From: Candidatus Arthromitus sp. SFB-rat-Yit
GTDB taxonomy: Bacteria > Bacillota > Clostridia > Clostridiales > Clostridiaceae
Direction of reading: 5' to 3'
Assembly: GCF_000283555.1 (NCBI RefSeq)
Contig: NC_016012.1
Location: 840,001-872,000, forward strand
DNA length: 32,000 nt
Part shown: one piece after another, positions 25,462-32,000 of the stretch
How positions within the stretch are numbered: the first letter of the stretch is position 1
Layout: each line of letters opens with the position of its first letter
The notes under the pieces: model-generated
Seen by the model: only the letters and a program-made list of their open reading frames with translations
The model's database searches: none
What the model was told of the DNA's origin: nothing
Translations under genes and position numbers: made by a program

Positions 25462-25479
25462 AGTCCCTCCCTCTCATTT

Positions 25480-26847
25480 TTAAAATATATCTCTTATAAT
25501 ATCCAACACTCTTTCAAACTTCGCTGAACGTGAAGCTTTTATAAGTATCGTTTCATTTCCATTTAATATTTGCTCTATATTATTTCTAAGTTCATCTAAG
25601 TTTTCAAACTGAAAACACTTTTCCTTATTTTTAAAATTACTACAATATTCATTTCTAAATTTTCCAACAGCTATCAATTTATCTATCTTTTCGTTGGCAT
25701 ATCTAGAAACTTCTCTATGATATTCCTCTGCAAACTCTCCTGCTTCTCCCATATCACCAAAAATACCTACTTTTTCATTTTTGTATAACGAAAGTATATC
25801 TATAGCACTTTTCATGGAATTTAAACTTGCGTTATAGCAATCATTTATTATTGTAATATTTTTATAATTAATAATCTCCTGTCTCATACTAGCTGGAGTT
25901 AGCGAATTAAATTTATTTCTAAGCACATCCATAGGAATATTAAAAATTTCACAAAGCTTAAAAGCGATTAGAGAATTTAATATGTTATGTTTACCTTTAA
26001 GAGGTAATGAAACACCTTCTTCTTCTCCGTTATATAGGACATCAAACTTAATTCCATTTAAAGATACATCTTCATTAACAGCATACATATCACAACAATC
26101 TTTTGAAAAACCAACTCTGTTAATTAAAAAATCCGATGAGTTAATTGACTTCAAGAGATCATCTTCATAATTTACAATTAAAATATCATTATGATTAAAA
26201 TAATTTACTATCTCCATTTTAGCTTTGAGTATATTTTCTTTAGTTTTTAAAAACTCTATATGACTCACTCCAATATTTGTTATAACCCCAATATGTGGTC
26301 TTAAAATATTAACTAGATAATCAATTTCACCTAAATTATTCATACCAACTTCAAACACGCCAATTTCAGCATCATCATCAATATTAATAAGAGATATTGG
26401 CATACCTAAATGATTGTTAAAATTTCCAAAATTTTTATAAACTTTATAATTTGAAGATAAAAAATCATAAATTAAATCCTTTGTAGTTGTCTTACCTACC
26501 GATCCCGTTACAGCTATTAAATCTATATCTAATTTTGATCTTACATAAATAGCAAGTTTTTTAAGTGCATCGAGAGTACTATCAACCAACACAACTGAAA
26601 CATCATATAGTTCAAATTCTTTGTAAGAAAAATAATCCTTATCAATAATACAAAGTTTAACGCCTTCTTTTATAGCATCAAAAATATATTTGTTTCCATC
26701 AAAGTTCTCTCCACTTATTGCCAAAAATATATCTTCGCCATTTATGGTTCTCGTATCAATAGAAATTTTATTAAATTCACAATATGTACCCTTTATTAAT
26801 AAATTACCTGAAACACATTTAACAATTTCCTCAATGTTAAGAATCAT
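25480..26847 (-). CDS. murF: UDP-N-acetylmuramoyl-tripeptide--D-alanyl-D-alanine ligase
   Basis: 455 aa. P-loop TGSVGKTTTKD, Mur ligase middle and C-terminal domains, located between murE and mraY. RBS GAAGGTG. Confidence 0.92.
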   Translation of the reverse strand: MILNIEEIVKCVSGNLLIKGTYCEFNKISIDTRTINGEDIFLAISGENFDGNKYIFDAIKEGVKLCIIDKDYFSYKEFELYDVSVVLVDSTLDALKKLAIYVRSKLDIDLIAVTGSVGKTTTKDLIYDFLSSNYKVYKNFGNFNNHLGMPISLINIDDDAEIGVFEVGMNNLGEIDYLVNILRPHIGVITNIGVSHIEFLKTKENILKAKMEIVNYFNHNDILIVNYEDDLLKSINSSDFLINRVGFSKDCCDMYAVNEDVSLNGIKFDVLYNGEEEGVSLPLKGKHNILNSLIAFKLCEIFNIPMDVLRNKFNSLTPASMRQEIINYKNITIINDCYNASLNSMKSAIDILSLYKNEKVGIFGDMGEAGEFAEEYHREVSRYANEKIDKLIAVGKFRNEYCSNFKNKEKCFQFENLDELRNNIEQILNGNETILIKASRSAKFERVLDIIRDIF

Positions 26848-26880
26848 TTTATCACACCTTCAAAGTAAAATATCGCTAAA

Positions 26881-28341
26881 TTATTTTTCTTTTAATATTT
26901 CATCAATTACTTCTCTTTCATCAAAATGTATAACCTTATTCTTTAATATTTGGTAGTCCTCATGTCCTTTACCTGCTATCAAAATTATATCATTAGTTTT
27001 TCTATTTTTTATAGATTTTTTTATCGCATCAAATCGACTTATCACAACTTCATAATTCGACTTATTAACGCCTGATACGATATCATTTATTATACTTTCT
27101 GGATCTTCACTTCTTGGATTATCAGAAGTTATATATACATAATCACTAAGTTCTGTTGCAATCTTACCAATCTGTGGACGCTTTTCTTTATCTCTATCCC
27201 CACCGCATCCCACTACACAAATAATTCTTCCTTTGGCAATATTTCTTAGAGTACAGATACAATTTTTAAGCCCATCAGGCGTATGCGCATAATCTAAATA
27301 AATATCGCAATTTAACCCATATTTTTTTGAAACATTTTCGAGTCTTCCAACTACAAAAATATTTTTTAAACTTTCTTTAATCACATTTATTGAAATTCCC
27401 TCATTGATAGCTATAGCAATGCACGGTATTGCATTATACACATTAAATTTTCCTACAAGATTATAATCAAAATTATATCTATTTCCAAATTTATCACATA
27501 CAACAAATTCTGTTGAATTATCGTTAAGTACAATATCTTTTGCAACAAAATCATTCATGTTTTCTTCAATTCCATATGTAATAACATTAGAGGGAATTTT
27601 ATCAATTATCTTTTTCCCATATTCATCATCCCTATTTATAATGATTCTTTCACTGTTTTCAAACAATTTAAACTTAGCATTAAAATACTCTGAGAAATTT
27701 TTGTGAAAATCTAAATGATCTTGAGTTAAATTTGTAAATATACCATAATCAAATTTAATTCCATAAACCCTATCAAGTTCTAAAGCATGTGATGAAACTT
27801 CCATAAAACAATACTCAACACCATCTTTAACCATTTCACTCAATAAATAATTTAATTGCAAAGCTCCTGGAGTTGTACCCTCAGCCTTTATCTTTCTATC
27901 ATTAATAAAATTACTTATTGTTCCTATAACTCCTGTCTTAAATCCAGCATTACTAAAAATTTCTCTAAGTATATATGTCGTAGTCGTTTTTCCATTCGTT
28001 CCTGTAACACCAAGTATCTTAAATTTTTCATGTGGTCTACCATAAAAATTTATAGCTGCTATTGATAATGCCTTTCTAGTATCATTAACACAAATCAGAG
28101 TAACATTATTCCCAAAATCAAAATTCAGCTTGTATTTACTGTCAACAACTATAACTTTAGATCCTTTTGATAAGGCTAAATCGATAAAATTATGACCATC
28201 AAAATTATATCCTCTTATACAAAAAAATAAATCTCCATCTAAAATATCGTTTGTGTTGTCAGTTATTTTATTAATATCTACATCATCATTTCCAGAAATG
28301 ACTCTATAATCGAATGATTTAAATAATTCTGATACTTTCAT
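26881..28341 (-). CDS. murE: UDP-N-acetylmuramoyl-L-alanyl-D-glutamate--2,6-diaminopimelate ligase
   Basis: 486 aa. GVTGTNGKTTTTY P-loop. The DNPR motif (ITSDNPRSEDP, nt 27112-27123) is characteristic of meso-DAP-adding rather than L-Lys-adding MurE. RBS GGAGGG. Confidence 0.92.
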   Translation of the reverse strand: MKVSELFKSFDYRVISGNDDVDINKITDNTNDILDGDLFFCIRGYNFDGHNFIDLALSKGSKVIVVDSKYKLNFDFGNNVTLICVNDTRKALSIAAINFYGRPHEKFKILGVTGTNGKTTTTYILREIFSNAGFKTGVIGTISNFINDRKIKAEGTTPGALQLNYLLSEMVKDGVEYCFMEVSSHALELDRVYGIKFDYGIFTNLTQDHLDFHKNFSEYFNAKFKLFENSERIIINRDDEYGKKIIDKIPSNVITYGIEENMNDFVAKDIVLNDNSTEFVVCDKFGNRYNFDYNLVGKFNVYNAIPCIAIAINEGISINVIKESLKNIFVVGRLENVSKKYGLNCDIYLDYAHTPDGLKNCICTLRNIAKGRIICVVGCGGDRDKEKRPQIGKIATELSDYVYITSDNPRSEDPESIINDIVSGVNKSNYEVVISRFDAIKKSIKNRKTNDIILIAGKGHEDYQILKNKVIHFDEREVIDEILKEK

Positions 28342-28361
28342 ATTCCCTCCAAGTATTATAA

Positions 28362-28389
28362 TTAAAGAAGGATAGAAATCCTTCTTTAA
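28362..28389 (-). other. Perfect 11-bp hairpin in the PBP-murE intergenic region
   Basis: TTAAAGAAGGA-(6 nt)-TCCTTCTTTAA. No convincing U-tract on the minus strand (it continues TTATAATAC). It lies 9 nt after the PBP stop and 20 nt before the murE ATG. Confidence 0.6.
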
Positions 28390-28398
28390 TCTGTTTTA

Positions 28399-30585
28399 TT
28401 AATGAAGATCTCTAACACTAAAGATAAGATCAACAACATCGCCTTTTTCTACTATTTTGCCAGCTTCAATGCTCTGACTGACCAGAAGTCCTTCACCACT
28501 TATATTGTATTTAAGTCCAATACTATCGAGTATTTCCATAACCCCTTGCTTACTATAACCATATAAATGCGGCATCAATACCTGTCGATCTATTTGTGCA
28601 GAATCACCTTTATATATAATTATCTTAGTTCCTTCCTTAACTGAATAACCTGGCTTTGGTGTTATATCTACGATCTTCTCTCCTTCTCCAACAGTTTCAT
28701 AATCAAGATTCAAATCTTTAAGAAGCTGTTGACCATCCTTAACACTAAACTCCCTAATTTCAGGAACTATTACATCTTTAAGTAAACTCTTTCTAATTTC
28801 TTCATCTGTTGATTTAACATCTATCGCCAAATAATTAAATATATCTGAGAACAATTGTCTAGCAACAGGAGTTGTAATTACTCCTGCATAATATTCACCA
28901 GCTGAAGGTTCATCAATTGATATAAATATACTAACTTTTGGATCACTCGCTGGTGCAAAACCAACAAAGGATGAAATATATTTTCCTACTCCATAAGTTC
29001 CTGTTTCAGTATCAACTTTTTGGGCAGTACCAGTTTTACCAGCTATTTCATAACCCTCAATAAAAGCTCTTGACCCAGAACCCTCAGATATAACAGATTC
29101 AAGTATATCTCTCATAAGAACTGAGCTTTCTTCGCTTACAACACGTCTTTCAGAATAATCTTCAAATTTTTTATCAACAACATAATTAAACTCATTATCA
29201 TAATGAGAAATTTCTTTCATAAAATGTGGTTTAACCCAAACCCCATCATTCGCAACAGCATTAACAGCAGCTAAAAATTGAATAGGCGTAGTTGTGTTTG
29301 TTTGACCAAATGAAATTGTTGCAAGATCAACTGTTGATATATTATCAACTTTCTTTATAATTCCTCTAGCCTCTCCAGATAAATCTAATCCAGTCTTTTG
29401 ACCAAATCCAAATTTTTCTATATACTTGTTCAATGTTTCTGCTCCAAGTTTTTCACCAATTTCCATAGTCCCAACATTGCATGAATTTTGGAGAACTCCC
29501 CTAAAATCTAAAGTTCCATGACCTGTTCTCTTCCAACAATGTATAATTCTTCCTCCAACTTCCTTATGACCATTGCAAACAAAAGTATCTGATTCAGAAA
29601 CGAGTCCTTCCTCAATGGCTGCGATCGCAGTAATAATTTTAAATATAGATCCAGGTTCATAAATGTCATTAACTGCCCTGTTTCTCCAGAGCTTTTGAAG
29701 TTCATCATAAGTTGCAACTTCATCCCTAACAGTATTAGGGTTAAAATCTGGCTTATTAACCATCGCAAGAATTTCACCATTTTCAGGATTCATAACAATA
29801 ACCGAAACTGCCTTTGCATTATTATCATCAAGCGCCTGCTTTGCAACTTTTTCAGCAAAGAACTGTATTTTTTCATCGATTGTCAAAACTACATTTTTAC
29901 CATCAATAGGCTCTATGTACTCACTTATAGAATAAGGTAGATCTCTTGATTTTGCGTCAAGCTCAACTATTCTAAATCCATCAACACCTGTAAGCTCATC
30001 ATCATACATAAGTTCAATCCCCGTGAGACCTCTTCCATCAATATCAGTTGATCCAAGTACATGAGATAAATACGCATTGTTTGGATAATATCTTTTTGTA
30101 TCAGGTGAAACAATTATTCCTGATATGTTAAGCTCTTGAACTTTATCTACTTTTTGCTTTTCAACCCTTCTTATCAAATAAGCTGAACCTGCTGGATTAC
30201 CTTTACTATCTTTGGTATTTAATACTCTTAAAACTTTTTGCTCATCCATTTCTAAAGAAGCAGCTATTTTAGGTGCAATATCTTCATATGTTAAAGAATT
30301 TTTTTCCAAATATTCACGTATAGTTTTTAAATCTAAATCTACACGGTAAACATTAGCACTAACAGCCAACTCTTTTAAATTTCTATCTAAAATCGCCCCT
30401 CTCCTCGCTTGAATTTTCACTGAACTAGTCCATTGATTTTCTGCTATTGCGTAATATTCATCACCTTTTATAATCATAACCCTAAAAAGATTCACTAAAA
30501 TGACTAATATCAAAAAGTAAAATATAAACATAGTCACTAATGCCCTTTTCTTCATCATGAATCTATCAGTAAACTTATGTTTCAT
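28399..30585 (-). CDS. Class B penicillin-binding protein (FtsI/PBP2B/SpoVD type) with two C-terminal PASTA domains
   Basis: 728 aa. N-terminal TM segment, dimerisation domain. Transpeptidase motifs SIFK (SxxK), SCN (SxN) and KTGTA. Two PASTA-like repeats at the C-terminus (..VKDGQQLLKDLNLDYETVGEG.. and ..SKQGVMEILDSIGLKYNISGEG..). Confidence 0.92.
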   Translation of the reverse strand: MKHKFTDRFMMKKRALVTMFIFYFLILVILVNLFRVMIIKGDEYYAIAENQWTSSVKIQARRGAILDRNLKELAVSANVYRVDLDLKTIREYLEKNSLTYEDIAPKIAASLEMDEQKVLRVLNTKDSKGNPAGSAYLIRRVEKQKVDKVQELNISGIIVSPDTKRYYPNNAYLSHVLGSTDIDGRGLTGIELMYDDELTGVDGFRIVELDAKSRDLPYSISEYIEPIDGKNVVLTIDEKIQFFAEKVAKQALDDNNAKAVSVIVMNPENGEILAMVNKPDFNPNTVRDEVATYDELQKLWRNRAVNDIYEPGSIFKIITAIAAIEEGLVSESDTFVCNGHKEVGGRIIHCWKRTGHGTLDFRGVLQNSCNVGTMEIGEKLGAETLNKYIEKFGFGQKTGLDLSGEARGIIKKVDNISTVDLATISFGQTNTTTPIQFLAAVNAVANDGVWVKPHFMKEISHYDNEFNYVVDKKFEDYSERRVVSEESSVLMRDILESVISEGSGSRAFIEGYEIAGKTGTAQKVDTETGTYGVGKYISSFVGFAPASDPKVSIFISIDEPSAGEYYAGVITTPVARQLFSDIFNYLAIDVKSTDEEIRKSLLKDVIVPEIREFSVKDGQQLLKDLNLDYETVGEGEKIVDITPKPGYSVKEGTKIIIYKGDSAQIDRQVLMPHLYGYSKQGVMEILDSIGLKYNISGEGLLVSQSIEAGKIVEKGDVVDLIFSVRDLH

Positions 30586-30623
30586 GTCTCACCTCTGTAA
30601 AAATAAAGAATCTAGATGCTCCT

Positions 30624-31046
30624 TTAATTCTTTCCCGTTAATTTATCATACAGCTTAATAAGAAATGGTCTATCTGGTTCTTCTTTTACTTCAACATCAA
30701 AATTATCTTTGTTCAAATCAACAATCACAAAATCTCCAAGTTTAGGTGGCGTCATTCCCAAAAATTCTGCATACTCCATAACCTTATCAAAGCCTTTTAA
30801 ATTTAAAATCTCAAGTTGTAAACTTTCAAGCTCCTCCGTCAGATTACTAATTTGAGATTTCAAAACATTAACTTCCCTTTGTTTCTTATAAACCTTCGAA
30901 CTTCCATTAATAAGAAAAGCACCACAAATAATAAAACATATAAACACGTAAAAAAAACTTCGTCTAACATAAATATTAAAGGAACGTTTCTTTACAAACA
31001 TCACCTCTTCTTCTTGATTATTAAAAATTTTTCTATTTTCTTCCAT
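30624..31046 (-). CDS. ftsL: FtsL-like cell division protein
   Basis: 140 aa. Short cytoplasmic head, one TM segment (FFYVFICFIICGAFLI), then coiled coil (REVNVLKSQISNLTEELESLQLEILNLK). Sits at the dcw position between rsmH and the class B PBP. Confidence 0.8.
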   Translation of the reverse strand: MEENRKIFNNQEEEVMFVKKRSFNIYVRRSFFYVFICFIICGAFLINGSSKVYKKQREVNVLKSQISNLTEELESLQLEILNLKGFDKVMEYAEFLGMTPPKLGDFVIVDLNKDNFDVEVKEEPDRPFLIKLYDKLTGKN

Positions 31047-31080
31047 GTTTACTCACCTTTTAAGAAATTTATTACTTATT

Positions 31081-32000
31081 TTAATAAATTAATTTTTCTG
31101 CCACCCTCAATTTGGCCGAAGATGAACGTGAATTTTTGGAAATCTCTAAGCTTGATGGCAAAATAGGTTTCCTAGTTATGATTGATATTTCTTTTTTCTT
31201 TTCACATTTACAAATAGGAAAATCTTTTGGGCAAATACACTCAGTTGCCAAATAATTAAACGTGTTTTTCACTATCCTATCTTCTAAAGAATGGAAAGTT
31301 ATAATAGCAATGCGTCCCCCAATTTTCAAATTATTCACAGAATCAACTATTGTATTTTCTAATATTTCAAGTTCCCCATTGACCTCTATACGAAGTGCCT
31401 GAAAAACTTTTTTAGAAAGATGACCTCTCTTTTTTATTTCAAATCTTGGTATAGTATCGTCAATTAATTTAACTAAATCATGTGTTGTAGATATCTTGTT
31501 TAATTTTCTTGATTCAACGATTTTACGAGCTATTTTTTTATGATACTTTTCTTCTCCATAAACCCTAAATATGTGACTAAGTTTTTCTTCATCATACTCA
31601 TTTATGATATCATAAGCCGAAAAAGTTTGAGATGTATTCATTCTCATATCGAGCTTACCATTTCTTATATAACTAAATCCCCTTTCATCTGTATCAATTT
31701 GATATGAAGATACACCTAAATCCATTAAAATTCCATCGACCTTTTCTATTTCAAGAGTTTTAAGTATTAGATCAATATTTTTAAAATTATCCTGTACAAA
31801 ATTTATGTTGGTATGATTCGAAAATTTTTGTTTGCAATAATCAATTGCATACTGATCTTGATCTATCGCTATAAGTCTTCCCGTACTATGTAATCTATGT
31901 AAAATTTCCGCTGAATGTCCACCGCCTCCAAGGGTGCAATCAACATAAATTCCTTCCTTTTTTATATTAAGAGCATGGATACTTTCGTCAAGCATTACCG
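31081..32000 (-). CDS. rsmH: 16S rRNA (cytosine1402-N4)-methyltransferase RsmH/MraW; 5' end runs off the window
   Basis: GIYVDCTLGGGGHS SAM-binding motif, DLGVSSYQID, HSLEDRIVK. The reading frame stays open to base 32000 (..VMLDESI matches the conserved PVLL.E region), so the true start is beyond the window. Confidence 0.92.
   Translation of the reverse strand, partial: VMLDESIHALNIKKEGIYVDCTLGGGGHSAEILHRLHSTGRLIAIDQDQYAIDYCKQKFSNHTNINFVQDNFKNIDLILKTLEIEKVDGILMDLGVSSYQIDTDERGFSYIRNGKLDMRMNTSQTFSAYDIINEYDEEKLSHIFRVYGEEKYHKKIARKIVESRKLNKISTTHDLVKLIDDTIPRFEIKKRGHLSKKVFQALRIEVNGELEILENTIVDSVNNLKIGGRIAIITFHSLEDRIVKNTFNYLATECICPKDFPICKCEKKKEISIITRKPILPSSLEISKNSRSSSAKLRVAEKLIY

Noticed and set aside
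25441-25479. Mini-ORFs after the murF stop (ATG AGA GGG AGG GAC TAA, and ATG GAC GTA TAA inside the hairpin)
   Set aside because: Three to five codons with no independent support. They are more simply by-products of the SD-like element and the hairpin sequence.
23364-26956. Series of 62-128-aa plus-strand ORFs inside ftsW, mraY, murF and murE (23364-23618, 23850-24047, 24643-24939, 25141-25527, 25982-26170, 26690-26956)
   Set aside because: All are antisense to highly conserved dcw genes and have no independent signals. The same applies to 27856-28065, 29695-29940 and 30852-31166, and to the same-strand out-of-frame ORF at 29508-29780 inside the PBP gene.

Overview
Very AT-rich chromosomal segment from a low-GC Gram-positive bacterium. 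It is Bacillota and probably Clostridia, judging by SepF/YlmH/DivIVA, a SEDS protein plus a class B PBP with PASTA domains, and CCA-encoded tRNAs. The right half (18.8-32 kb, all minus strand) is a compact division/cell-wall (dcw) cluster: rsmH(partial)-ftsL-class B PBP-murE-murF-mraY-ftsW-ftsQ-sepF-ylmH-divIVA. A terminator follows divIVA, then rluD and a second sepF paralog. The middle holds an Fe-alcohol dehydrogenase, htrA-like protease, a small lipoprotein, hslO (Hsp33) and a tRNA Asp-Phe-Cys mini-operon driven by a consensus promoter. The left half holds two tandem secreted DUF4214-type paralogs of unknown function, an ArsR-regulator/ArsP_1-permease pair and a GT2 / GT4 / NodB-deacetylase surface-glycan module. 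It also holds folD, an HTH-coiled-coil protein, a YfcE-type phosphoesterase, a class A PBP with a near-perfect 66-bp coding tandem repeat, and an hflX-yigZ operon. I found no CRISPR array, transposase, integrase or recognisable defence system. The most novel-looking item is the ~180-aa N-terminal extension of HflX, which carries a complete JAMM/RadC-like (JAB/MPN) motif. Other items worth a second look are the DUF4214 paralog pair, the duplicated SepF, a hairpin that could bridge a distant Shine-Dalgarno to the mraY start, and the recently expanded PBP1A repeat. All calls come from reading the sequence and ORF translations by eye; no database search was run.
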